Assembly: GCA_013265495.1 (NCBI GenBank)
Contig: MU058540.1
Coordinates: forward strand, 2,691,696 to 2,755,695
Length of the DNA stretch: 64,000 bases
DNA from: Vicugna vicugna
Taxonomy: Eukaryota
Reading direction: 5' to 3'
The notes under the pieces were generated by a model. That model saw only the letters and a program-made list of their open reading frames with translations, was not told the DNA's origin and did not search any database. Below are positions 1 through 14,554 of the stretch, piece after piece. The number at the start of each line of letters is the position of its first letter. The first letter of the stretch is position 1. The position numbers were made by a program, and so were the translations under genes.

Positions 1-1010
1 TGTACTACGTTTTTTCTTTTGATTCATAGGAATTCTTTATAAATCCACGGCCTTAATCCTGATTCAGGACATTAATCCTTTATAGTTGTACGTACTGCAA
101 GTATCTTCTCCAAGTCTGAGGCTTATCATTTTTTATGATTTTTTAAATGATGTTATATTTGTTATATACACCAAAGTGTATAATTACCAAATTATGAAGC
201 ATAATAAAATGAATACTGAGTCCAAATGAACCAAAATATGTATCACTGATACCATTCAAGCTGTATACCTCTCAGTCCATCCTCCTGCCTCTCCTCCTAA
301 CCTCTGTGCTGAATTTTACGTTTATTATTCCTCTGCTTTTAAAAAGGAATTTAATCTTGCCATATTGTGTCTCTCAAACTGAGATCTTAGTTTTGTTTCC
401 AAGCTTTGTAAAAAATGGTATCATTCTACAAGCAGTCTTCTATTTGATTTCTCTTCTCAATGTTTTGTTTCTAAAACTGATCCATGATGTCATATGTAGC
501 TTTAAGTTCAATTATTTTCACTGCTCTAAAATATTCTGTTCCAGAATATTTTGATGGACACTGGGTTATTTCTAGTTTTTTGCCATTAGGAAAATGCAAT
601 AAACATCCTTATACATGTGTCCTGGTTCAGAGGTGCAAGAGTTTCTCCAGGGTATCTGAATAGGGCTAGAACTTCTGGGTTGGAGAGAATACACTTCAAC
701 TGTAAGATAATTCCAAAGTAGCTGGACTGGACCATGTAGATTGTCTTTTCATTTGCTTATGTCTTTCAATATACAGGGGTTTTTTTTCTTTAAAGTAGTA
801 AAATCACCAAGTTCTCCTTTATGATTTGTACTTCTTGTATGTTATTTAAGAAACCCTTCCTTACCCTGAGGTCATAAAGATATTGCCCTGTATTTTCTTC
901 TAAAATTTTTTAAGTTTTATTTTCCATCTGCAGTTTATTTCTATGTATATTGTAAGGTAGGAATCCATTTTTTCCACATAGATAATTATACATTGTTTTC
1001 TTTTAAATAT
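1..1010 (-). mobile_element. Old L1 fragments
   Basis: Antisense L1-like tracts, e.g. GATGGACACTGGGTTATTTCTAGTTTTTTGCCATT and AAGAAACCCTTCCTTACCCTGAGGTCATAAAGAT. Confidence 0.6.
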
Positions 1011-2547
1011 ACATATTAAATAGCCAGGTTTTTTTTTTAAGTTTTAAGTCTGAAACATGGATTGGACCCTCCCCAAGAAGCAGAAATTTTTATTCTAATT
1101 ATAAAAGTTAAGAAACTACAGAAACCTTTCAATTTAGATGAAATATATTCCAGCAAAGCTTTTGAGTAAACCTTCTTTGTTCAAAGATTTCTATTATAAA
1201 ACCAGAGACCTAATGCCACAAAAAAGAATTCCTTCATGATACTAAGGTGTAAAAAAAAATCTTGGAGTTACAGAATACAGTAAACAGCAGGTGTAAACCT
1301 GTCACATAAGGGATGTTCTCACCAGGGAGCTGGAGTCCCTCTTTGGGAGCTCACTCTCACTTTAGTACAAGGTACACAAAGGTAATCCAGGGACTGCCCC
1401 CTTCCCAAACCTTTGTCTGTTTTCCATACTAGGGTGTCCTCCAACTTTAAGCCCTTAACACCTCAAATCTAGACCCTTCTTTTTCCTTTTGTTGTTTGGG
1501 TATTCATAGTGTCGATCAGAACTATACTGTAAAGAGCTTTGTGGATTGTTAGTATTTCAAACATATGATGTGTTCCAGCTTATGATTTAGGATTTTAGGG
1601 GAAATAAAGCAATATAATCTCCTACTTAACCACTTCTATAAACTCTACACTAAAAAAAGAAAAAAAGAATTGGCCAAGACTGGATGCCTAGATGTAGGTA
1701 CTTCAACTTTTAACTCTGGTTTAATAACTTAAAAATGACTCATATTTATTTCCGAATCAGTTAGTGTGGCCTAAGGTTACCCAGGACCACACTGGTACTT
1801 AAAATATTAGAAAAGGATTTAAGCAGCCAAAGATGAAGCTAAAGCCTCCACATTTTTTAGTGATTCTCAGTGGACTGAAAAGTAATAGGCTGGGTGAAGG
1901 ATTACATATGTTAAGCTTAACCTAGAGCAGTAAGTTTATATCAAGCATTAACTAACATTAACCTTCCATTCAAGCTGTGTACCTCCCAGTCCGTCCTCCT
2001 GCGGCAGGAGGTACTAGCTCAATGGGATTACTTACGAAAGGTCAAAAGCACAGTTAACTGCCCTTTTGAAGACTGAAAGGTAGCTTTATTTTCTTCAAGT
2101 TATCAAAAGAGGTATTATGAGTGACCTTAATACTTTTCCATCTCTACTGTAGACAGAATAAAAAGGCAAGAAGCTTAATCACAGCATTAGAACCTAAGTT
2201 TTATTCAGACTTAAAATAACATTTTAAATATTAAAGGACATTTAACTCCGAATATGGGAACTGTGAAATCTCCCTCACAGACTTGTAAGTGGTTCCTAGT
2301 AAGTCTGACATGACCCTGTGGTGTGTGTGTCAAAAAGCATAAAGCTTCTCAGAGTATAAGAATAATTTAAAGTATGTAAACTTAATTACCCCAAAAATAA
2401 AAATGGTCAAAGGTTAAATCCTGGCCTGCTTTAAAAAAATTTTTTTTTTAAATCACAGAAATGTCCTTACCTTTTGTTACCTTCCAAAATACAGATAAAT
2501 ATCAGTTTCCCAATAATGCAGGAGCTACTGTTGAAGAAACAGTCCCT

Positions 2548-2730
2548 TCAGTAGAGGGTCTCAACTTTCACTGCACAGTAGAATCACCCAGCATCCTTTT
2601 AAAAATCAGATACCCAGACTATATACCCCACACCAACTGCACCAGAATCTATGGGATTGGGACCCAGACATCAGTGTGTCCTGAGGTTCCCTAGGTGATT
2701 CTGGTGTGCAGCCAAGGTTAAGATCTACTG
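2548..2730. mobile_element. MER5A-like hAT MITE
   Basis: CAGTAGAGGGTCTCAAC...AGAATCACC...GGTGATTCT...AGATCTACTG with inverted termini. Confidence 0.7.
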
Positions 2731-4107
2731 CCCTATGGAGAGACATAATAGAAGCATCTGACCAAAGTCATTCCTGACATTCCCTATGTCAGGAATACAA
2801 CAAGCTATGTAAAGTGTTTCAACCATATACAAAATTTAGACATTTAAAGAGTATCACAGTTCCTAAGACGACTATGACATGACTAGCTATACCAAACCTA
2901 AGTATCCCTAAGTTAACGTTAGAAAAAGACATCAAAGATTAATTTCAGTTACTACATCTCCAAAAGTGTGTGGTTTAAGTTACTGCCTCTCCCAGTGCCC
3001 AGGTTTAACATAAAAATCGTAATATTCAAAGCGGGTCTTGAGGCCCACTGATGGGCCTCAAATAAATTTTAAAAATGCAAGCCTTTCCTTTGATTCTTTC
3101 TTAATTCTACAGGCTTCCATTTTCCCATATGACTAACAGTTATTTACCAGCAATCTACTTAGTGAGCTATTAAAGATATCACAGAGAACTCTAATTCAGT
3201 ATTTTACTAAGAAGTCTGGCCAAAACAACACTTGGCAAATCTGCCAAGTTACAAACGTATACACCGACAAGCAGAAGTGCCACCATTTCTGCATAATACA
3301 CATGATCATCATTCTGAGTCAGTCAGGTTTCCATCCCTTGCTGCTCTTCTTGCTTTCTGAAGACCAACTGTTCATTTACCATTACCACTTTCCAATTGCT
3401 ATGGGTTTCTAGCAAAGTCTGAGCATACGACAATACACATTTCTATTATCTCTGGTCAGAAATTTTCCAATAACTAGACACCAGGCCATGTGCCTTCCAG
3501 AACAGAAGTCTGCCTGGGCAGCAGTATTTCACTGGTGAATCTGTACTATTTAAATAAATTCCAACATACTATCAAGGAAAATACAATAACGTTATTTTTA
3601 AGTTGTGAGGCATAATTTTATGTGTATAAAATTTATTAGTAAAGTAAGCATGTCCCTTAAATTTCTCTCCAGTTTTTAATCACCAAGTTCTTTTTTCCAC
3701 CATAAATAGGAAAGGGTGGGGCAGGTGAATTAAGGAGTCTCGACTAAGTGAATCAAACTTTTATAAGTTTGAGAACCACTGCCTCAAAGTGCTGGGTAGG
3801 TATTTGTACTTAGTTTTATTTTAAGAGAACTCCAGCTTAACTATAACCCATTTACCACCATTTACCATGAAAATTGGGAAAAGGCAGAACAGGAAGGGAA
3901 AGGGTTGTCACCTGTAAAAGGCCTGAGTGACGTCATCCACTGAGAATGTCACAACAAAAACCACCTCACATTATCTGCCCTCCTTCAGGAGATTACTCTG
4001 GTGCTACCAGCACAATGACAGTGCTCTATTAAGGTCATTTATATCAAGCAACAGACAACATGCATTTATCAAATGCAAAGTTACATGCATATTTTTAAAC
4101 TTACTCA

Positions 4108-4233
<126 letters not shown>

Positions 4234-5044
4234 CTAATCAAAGTTCAGATAGGAATGTTTACTACTTTTCTAGGCTCTGGTTCAAGCCACATGAGACCCT
4301 CAAGTCTTGCTTTTCTGCCCAACATCAATAACTCTGGATGGCACACTTCCCAGCAGGTCCACAAGCCCAAATCACAGGCTCCGAAGCATTAACTCAAAGA
4401 ATCTACACAATGAGAGTTGGAAGCAGCACTTCCCTGTGGATTATGTGGCCAGAGGACACGGACAGGCCTTAAAACAGAATTATGGGGAATTTAATCAGAA
4501 TCACAGGGAATTCAGTCTCATCAGAAGCAAAGGTCCCAAAGTGGATCTAAAACATTCACAACTTCCCCAAATTACTATCATTTCCAAGAGTAGCAACTCT
4601 TACATAATCAGAGACTTCTGAATATATAATACACTATTTGGTATAAGCTTGTAAGGATGAATTGGAATTTTACTACATAGTTTCAATGGTTTGGTAGTGT
4701 TGGAGTGAAAGTAACTTACAAACTTCCTTGTGCTAGGACAGAAAGAAGCACCGGGGATAAATCAAACCTGGAGTTGTTCCCAGGACTTTCTCCTCATGCC
4801 CTGTGACCTTCTCAGCAGAGCTCCAAAGCAAGCTCTTTTGGACATCAGCCTTAACACATCCGGTAGCCCTCATCTGGCCTCACCACACAGTACAAATCAC
4901 AGGCAAACCTGGGAATGGAGTATTTCTATTCTCTAAAGACTCAAACTGTGAGAATCTCCCAATCCATCGTGCATATTTTGGTTACCAGAGGAATAGCTCT
5001 TCGAGGCCCAGTTAAGGGATTAAAAAAAGGCTAAATCTCTGTTA

Positions 5045-5275
<231 letters not shown>

Positions 5276-8258
5276 TTACAGGGAAAAACAGAACAGCAAA
5301 TAAATTTTTTAAAGATCACCCCAAACCCTATTATACAAATAGAAGTATTTTCATTTTTGCATATTATCTTTGTTTTTGTCCAAATATAAACTTTTAAACT
5401 AGTTGAATCCTCCATAGCATCTAATTTTTTCCCTTTTTTTCATTGAAATATAGCTGGCATACAATATCCATAGCACCTAATTTTACTTCTTAAACTAAAT
5501 CAAATATTCTGTTTCTTCAAAATCATCATTTTTAATGTCTACATAATATTCAAATGACTTAGTACCTCCTCGTCTGCTTGTCCCCCTGATACTGGATGTT
5601 CACTCCATTTCCAACTCCTTACTCTCGAGTACTGTGGATTACAGCAAGCACCCCTGTGCCAGAGAGGGCCTGCGTTCCCAACCCTAACCACGCATGGTAC
5701 AGAGGATGGGCTCAACATTAATGGCTGTTAAATGATGACTAAATAAACAAACCTTTGTTCATATAGCTTCTTCTCCTCATGAATTATTTCATTAGGATAA
5801 ATTCCAAGGAGTAAACTATTCCAAAGACAAAGGGAATAAACTTTACCTCACAGTTCTTGATAAAAGGTGCCATACTGTATTCCAATCAAAAGTCTCTGAC
5901 TTTATCACTCTCTTTAAGGAAAACTCACACCTCCTATAAGCCACGCATACTTTAAATGTGTTGTCTCATTTATAAAATTCTTAAGCCACACTTCACTGTC
6001 ATTCAGTGACTTGTTGATGAAACAGCAGAACCAAAGCCAGAAATCAATGCTTTTTCCTCCTGACCAGGACCACTTACCATCTCCAACCTCCTGATCTTAT
6101 CTGGAAAATGGGAGTCATGGTATCTTCTTGGCAGGAATGATGAGAATTAATGCACATAAGGCTTCCAACCTGGTGCTTGGCACTATCAGACCTTAAGAAG
6201 AGGAAGGTGCTCTTGGGGTGGTGAAATTGGATAGGACCAAATTTCAAAGATCTTTTTCAGTGTGAACCAAATAACTTATGGACCAAATGTCTTACAGACA
6301 TTTTGGACAGGACCAAATGTTCACTAACCAAAATGCTAAGTAGATAAGGAGGTAAAACTAAAAACAGGGTAGGAAATCCTAATGCTCAGGGATCTATACT
6401 GCTCAAGGTCACACAATTAGAAGTGGTGTGGCCAGGGTTTGAGCCAGTGACTTCAACAGCTGTGGTCTTTCCATGATACCACCTTTCTTCATGCCTTAAC
6501 ATGCAAACTTCCCAGGGAACAAGGCTATAGAAGCTTTGCGTTGGATCAGGTTTGGTTTTGTTTTGTTTTTTAAATCCCATTAGGTTTGGCTATGTGTGTA
6601 TATGTGTGTGTGTACAAACACACACATGCACACACACAAAAGGTAAACTATCAAAGACAGCTTTGAGCCTGCTAACCTGGTATCTTCCTTCCAGATTTGC
6701 AAATAACTTGTTCCACAAGCCAGAGAAGTGTCTTACAGTTCTTATAATTACATGTTTTACCTGGACACCTCTAAGGGAAAAAGGCGTCTTAAAAAGCAGT
6801 GCGTGGAGCAAATGCTATTTAAAACCAGATTTTCAGGGAATTCTGTAGCTCTCTGAGTATACAGCAGGGACACAAAACTTCCACATTTTTACTTCTATAA
6901 TATGCACGACTAAACACGTAAGTGAGCTCACTTCTACAGGTCTGGGCAAGCATACTGAGAGAGTATGTCTGCACCAAACAGGGTTCCCCAATCCTCCTCC
7001 TCTAGACTGGCCCCCAGCTCTTGGCCTTCAGTACGTTGGCTGGACTTGAACACAGACTACAAGCTACAACTAAGCCAGCACTAAGGCACCCGGGGTACAG
7101 GGCCAGAGCATCTGAACCCAAGACCACACAATGTAGGGCTTCTGCTTCATTAAAAATATATCTGAACCTTGTGACATACAAAAATAATCTCATATATATT
7201 AACATTTTAAAAGCAGAATACCAAGCTATTTACTTTTAGGATGCTAACTATACATAAATTATTGACACAAACAGAAAAGATACTGAAGCTATTATACTAA
7301 AATAGTGGTTATCTTTGATGAGATTATAGTTATTTTTCTTTGTTATAACTCTCGGTATTGTTCAAATTTTCCACTATGTATATGTATTATTCTTATAATG
7401 AAGAAAAAAGCTGTTAACTAGAAGAAATACCTGACAAATCTGCCCTCCTGAAACAGAAAAATAAAGGTTTCAAAGAAAGTAGACCAAACTTCAACTTTTT
7501 CAAAGACTGTTATCAAAAGACAGTAAGAAAGAAAAGTACCCAAGGAATTAAATTTACTTTTCTACTTAAAAAAAAAATTCAGTCTAGACAGCAATTCTAC
7601 ATAACAGAACACAACAATCTAGACTTTAGAGCTGGAAGGGACTCTGGAGCATCTCTGGATCAATATATTCACTTCATAGCTAAGTGCGGCCCAGGTGGTG
7701 GAGAAGCTGCCAAGGAGCAGCCAACTATCCAGCAGCACAAGATCTGCTGTGAGTTTAAGAACCAAGCACCAGAGCTCACTGGCATGTCTAAAGGTAAAGA
7801 TAAAGAGGCCATTACAGAGGCTGTGCAGGGCTCTTCTCTAAGCAGAGGGCACAGGATTTGGAAGTAAACTCTGCGACAGATTGTTGCTGCTGCTGCCTTA
7901 CTTCCCGGATCTTGGCTGGGCTCCTCAACGCACGAGGCTGCCCAACAGAGGGGCTCTCGACAGGTGATGCACTAGTGTAATTACATGCTAAGAGAAGATG
8001 ACTATCTTTGGCTTTATTATAAAATAACCTAAATCAATTTTATTCTTAATCATTTCCAAAACGTCCTTTATTTTTAAGAGGAATGTTCAGTCAAATTATA
8101 AAACTATAAGCCTTCCTGAGAAAAGAAGTAACAGCAAAATTACCTATAAAAAAAAAGAGAGAAATACACCAGGTAGCTCACAGCACCCCGGCTGTGATGA
8201 CTACAAGCCATGTGGTGTTAAACCAGAGGCTGCTCAGACAGGTGAAGACACACGGTCA

Positions 8259-8507
<249 letters not shown>

Positions 8508-10593
8508 CTATCTGCAAGGTGAGGCAGCGCTAAACGGGCCTCTGCGGTGTTCCAGAGACTGACCCACTATGGGCAGAAACGGTAACTAGCTTCTAACACT
8601 TAAAAGGTAAAATTCACAGCCACGGAGAGCCAAACACTTTCACCTAAGCTAATTGATCCTGACCATTTAGCTGTGATTTCCATTTCACTTTGGAGAAAGG
8701 AAATTTCTCTCATTTTAGGGGAAAAGAAAGAAGTAAATTTGCTTAAGATAACGTTTTGAGCTGGGAGATAAAGCTACTTTACTTTTCACTCTGCACAAAC
8801 ATCTGCGAACTGTCTCTTGTCTTCAAATGGCGTTTCCACAGAGGCTGTACTGCCGTTATTAGAGAGAGAAGCAGAAATGCCAAACAACAAAAATGTAAAA
8901 ATTTGGGGAGGCTGAAAACAAGCTCTCCAATTTCTATTCACAAAACATTAGAACATAAACAAATAAAAAGGTAGGATTTAGGTAGCAAAGTATTAGTCAA
9001 CAAAAGCTAAATATGAACTGAAAATGCTACACACTAGGATGTGTAACAGCTGCCTTCCAAAAATGCACAGTGAACACCTCCCAAGATCAGTGGGTCTCCT
9101 CCTCCAGTGTTTTACTATAGGTACTTAAATATACACCAAAATGCTTTATGCAACTTTTACAAAACAGTATCAGTATTTTAGCAGTTAAAAGGTAACTTCC
9201 TTAGTTTTCTGCAAAATCAAAATTAAATTATTTCTGCTTAATACCAGCAAAGTAAAATGGTGAAAAAAAGATTCTGATTTTAATAGTTAGACAAAAGCAA
9301 AGCAAATATGTATAAGTAGTTTAAAGCTAAAAGAAATAGGAAAGATTCAGTTTAGATCACATATAAAGCCATTTATGTTAGTAAACGGGGAAAAGAGAAA
9401 GACACCTCTGATTTTAACAGAGTATCATGCTTTTCGAATTTCATTTCATTTGTAAGTCTGGGGGAAGTTTTGCATTCTTAGAGGTAAATGGGTATTTTAC
9501 CCTCAGGCAAAAACTAAGCCATTTATTAAAATGCTCCCTTTTTTGACCTAAGACTTGAAAAATATAATTCCCTAATCACTCCTGGCAGCCACACATTCAA
9601 TCTGAAGGCACACCAGAGATGGGGGCGGTGCACTCAGCCAGCTCTAGTATCTGTGTGGCCTTGGTTAGCGCGGTGGCCCAGGAGAGCAGCCAGTGGCCTC
9701 ACCTGTGTGCGCCTGCCCAGATGATCAGAGCTCAGGCCAGACGGTCTATGGCTCTGCAGGCCAGCTCCACCAAGCGCAAACGGAGGGTCCAGGAGACGTG
9801 AGAAGCCATGGAAGATGGTGCGGGTAAGGCTTGAGGAGACACACGTCAACTGGCTGGCTGGTGACTGAGCTGGTTCTTACTCCTATTTAAGAACTGGCAT
9901 CTAAATGTTAAAAAGTTTCTCCTCATCCTGTCAGATTCTTTTCTAGCCTTCATCAGTTGTTAATAAAAAATTATTGGTGACCCTACATCTAAACTAAAGA
10001 TTGTCACAAGATCAAATATTACACCACAATTATGTTGGCTTTGCCACAGAAGCAAAAAAGAAAAAGTTTTCTTTTTTTCCCCACCAGTTTGCTGACAGTT
10101 CATCTGCTCACTGGGAAGCAGAATGTGTTCCCCAGGACAGATGGCATGTTCTGTGCTGGGTTTACTTTGGAGCTGTCTTAGACGATGCACATGCTGAGTT
10201 ACATAAAACTTGCCATCTCAGAAATGAGAAACTGATTCTGGCTACTAATATAGGTAATGAGAAATCCACTCCTTATTAATATAAATTATAGAAAAAGAAA
10301 CAGAAGAGTTGAAGCAAAGAATATTACAGCTTCAATTCTGTCACTGGGATAACTGATTACACGTATTCCCACTGACAGGAGAGCAGGCAAAGTCCCTAGT
10401 TTATTCCTACGTATTGAAAAAGAAAAAGAAAGAAAGAAAGAAATATCCATCTGAAATCATGAGAATGAATGAGAATGTTACTTTTATGGCACTAAAATTG
10501 TAGAAAGGCACCCCAGCACAAACAGGTTACTGACCTCCTTTACAGACCTAAAAAAGATGCAGAAAGCAACTTTGTAAGCACAATTAAAAGTTA

Positions 10594-10857
<264 letters not shown>

Positions 10858-13800
10858 TTAAACAATTTAAATACTGTTTTGAGTATTGTGATGATGCAAA
10901 AGATTTAATTTATGCTTAGGCAAACCTACTAACTCAAAATTGACAACATTTGACTTGGAGATGTTCAGTAATGAAATCTTGAGTGATGAAAGGCTTAAAA
11001 AAAGACAAAATCAATGGCTTTAATTTAAATGGAAACTTTAACAGTGCTATAAATTGAACCTCTGATTGGTTAAAATTACCATTCTTTGGTGTATTTTTTT
11101 GTTCTAATCATCTTTTTTTTAATAAAACTAAGTCCCCAAGATGAGACTCTCTAAACACACCCTGCCTCAGGTCTGCAATATTATCTGCAGTGACAGCACC
11201 CTAACTGACAGTTCCAGAATACTCTGATGCCACAGCATACTGCGTGCACAGCCGTGCAGACCATGTGCTCAAGTTTCCCGTCCTTACTGAACTGAAATAT
11301 AAGTACACCTAAGAAAAGTTATAGATTCAAATATCTATGACATTTCCAGTTTTCTATTTTCACTGAAATATCTAGCTAAGGAGACCAAGATGCCAAAAGT
11401 TTGGGAGAAGTCATAGAACTACTTCATTAAAGTAATTTATTATTATCAAGTTCATCTTATCTACTTTAAATATTTAGTAGTATTCAAAACACTGCTGCCT
11501 CTCCTCTTATGTGTCACAAGATACAAAACTGTTGAATCAGGTCTAAATTTATTAAGATCCAGTCCGATCCTTGAATAAAAGTTTTTGTCTTAACATGTGC
11601 TCCTGGGCTGGACCTCCCACAACATGTTCAGAGGTAAAGACACGAGTTCACAAACTGGCACTTGCATTGGCACACAGCCTACGGTTGTTGTTTTGTTTCA
11701 TACAATGTTTTGTATGTTTGTTTTATTGGAATGCCTTTAGCAAAGCCAGGCACGTTCTCTCCCATTTGGACACAGACCCCACTCCTCCCTCCTGTCTTAC
11801 ACCTAACCTGCCTCATTCTTCCATGCTAACTCCCATGGGCCTAAAGGCATTTAAGTTTTCAAGCTCTACTAAAATTGTTCACTAGGATTTTTTTTAAATT
11901 TTTCTATTGTTTTTAGGAAATGTTTAAATAGCTTCAATGTTTTAGAAAATTTACATTTTTACATCTCTCCTTATGGTATGAGGTGGGAAAAATGGAAGAT
12001 AAAGATGATAAGGAACAGTGCTATAAAATCATGAAGAAGCAGAGTAAAGCATCTGCCTTTACTTGGGTTTAATACAGGAGCAAAGTTTTGGGAAAACACT
12101 AATGCACTTGCTTAAGTCCAGCCATGGCTATGACCCAGTCATTACTACACGAAGACCATACAAGGCAGCTTTCACCTGCCTCTGCTTCCCCTGGCTCCTG
12201 GTAAGGCCTCTACCTACTTCAGGGCACTACCTGCCACTTGTCACTCACCTTGGAGGACAGGATGGTGACTGCAACATTCCCTGTTTGTTGAGGGGAAAGC
12301 TACAGGCAGTGTGGCCACACCTTTCCCTTCTCTCCTGGAGTTGAAACAGCAGCTAAGAACCTCAAGATCAGGAGTGAAGTCAGTTGATTTTAGGGTAGGG
12401 GAGGGAAGAGCCAGAGGTGCAATCCACACCTTAAATTCCCCTTCCCCTGCCCCATAAATATTTAACGGGGTGGGGAATCACATGCTAGTTGCCACCCTGG
12501 GCACTAGGAAAGCAGGGATAAAAAGTCAGTCTTCTGTCCCATCTTACTATACTAGCGTCACAACTGGAGGCTTTCCTTCCGCGCTTGAAGAGAAACCTGA
12601 AGAAGCTAGCCAAATGCTGGTCTCTTGTCTTTTAAAATTTATTTTTCAGGTAGCAGAAATTTCTGCCCCATGGGACAGAAAAATGAACTCTCAGCAGGTT
12701 GCTTTAATTCCCAGTTTAGTAAATGCAAACAAAATTCTTTTTTTCTTCTAGATAAGGCACCTATACCTACAAAAAAGCTAGGCTCTGAATCTGCCCTTTG
12801 TCAGCCCCACCCGAAAGTGATGGATCTGCACTGGTCTACTTCTGCTCTGACCTAGCACAAAGCTGCTGCATGCTGCCTCAGGGTGACTGACTCAGGTGGA
12901 GTCTGTGGCCAGAAACTTTAGCGAAACGACACTGAGATCAAACCTAAGGAGCTGAGTCCATCAGCAAGGTAGCTCTACCAATTTAAGTTAATGCATCATT
13001 TAAAATCCTAATTTAAACAGATATTTCCTTTACTTTCATGTAGAAAAATTTTAGAAGCTGATTTTGAAGAAGGTACAGTATTTGAGAAAATATTTTTATA
13101 CAATACGCTTGGTCATCCTCTGTTACCATGTTAGCACGCTGGGCAACTGGCACACGCTATGAAGGATTAACAGGTGAAAGTCACGATGTGTACTTCTCTT
13201 TACAGTTTTATTCTGAATGCTAATTATTTGATAAAGAAATGCTTTGAGCCTTGGTTAAAACTATAGGATATACACTCTGTAAAAATAAAATTTACTTGTG
13301 AAAAGCAAAATATACTCATCAATACAGCCTACAGCTTTGTTTTCCTTTTCAAGATTAATTGAAACTCAGTGCCTACACCAATATCACACACTAATTTTTA
13401 GATAATAAATTGGACTGTTGCATATTTTTAATAAGGTTGCTATTCATATAAACTACAATGTCTGAAAATTTACTGCCAAAGCATTTGATATACTCAACCA
13501 AAATTCCTGAGAGTCAAATGCTGTTGGGTAACATATGAAAATTAAAATTCTAAATTTTGAGCAAGCACTTAAATGGAAGGCAGAGATGCCTCAATGATTA
13601 TGCCTCCTCTCAAGAGGCAAAAGGACTGCATGTGGAGCCAGCCTCCACCTGGCTCCTGGGCTCTGTACCCAGAGCTCTTCCTTCCACAGGGTCTCTTGGC
13701 CCTTCTGTAGCAACTGATATCTTACAGGATATTTGCAAGCATCACTCACTAGAATCTGTTCTTAGCAACCTGCTGAATTAAACCAAATAAATAGAAAATA

Positions 13801-14401
13801 CGCATTCTTGTTTTTAATATACTATCCAATATTTTAAATCTTATTTTTCATAAAGTACTTAATGCATCTTCTAAATCTATTTGCAAAGTAGGTTTGAGAT
13901 TTAGAAAGTGTTCTTAATCAATAAAGGAGAATTTGCATTGCTCTACCATTTGCATTATATTTTTGCAAATTCATTCAGAAAGAAAATTGGTCTTTCTTGG
14001 GTAGTGATGAGCTACTCAGAAAACTCAACTTTGCGTGTACAGAATGAACCATGTTAAGATACATCATAAATCGCAAATTCCAAATCTTAAGCCTCAGTTC
14101 CAAAGTGTATATGGAATTTCTCTCTCTCAGCATTCAGTAAGGAACATGCTACCACAGCAAGTATGACCTCAAAAAAGACTCCTCATGAAGAGGACAACTG
14201 GTGATCAACCGGGAGACACAAAAGGCAGATGCTTCGCTAATAAGCTTTCAATTTTAAAAGACCTGCACATATACTATAGTTATTTATACTTTTAAAATAT
14301 ATGTAACTACTTCTTTATTGGGGAAAGAAAAGCAGTATTACATGTATATTCCTACATGACAGAGCTAAAGAAAACTGTAACAGGAATATACATGTCAATT
14401 A

Positions 14402-14554
<153 letters not shown>

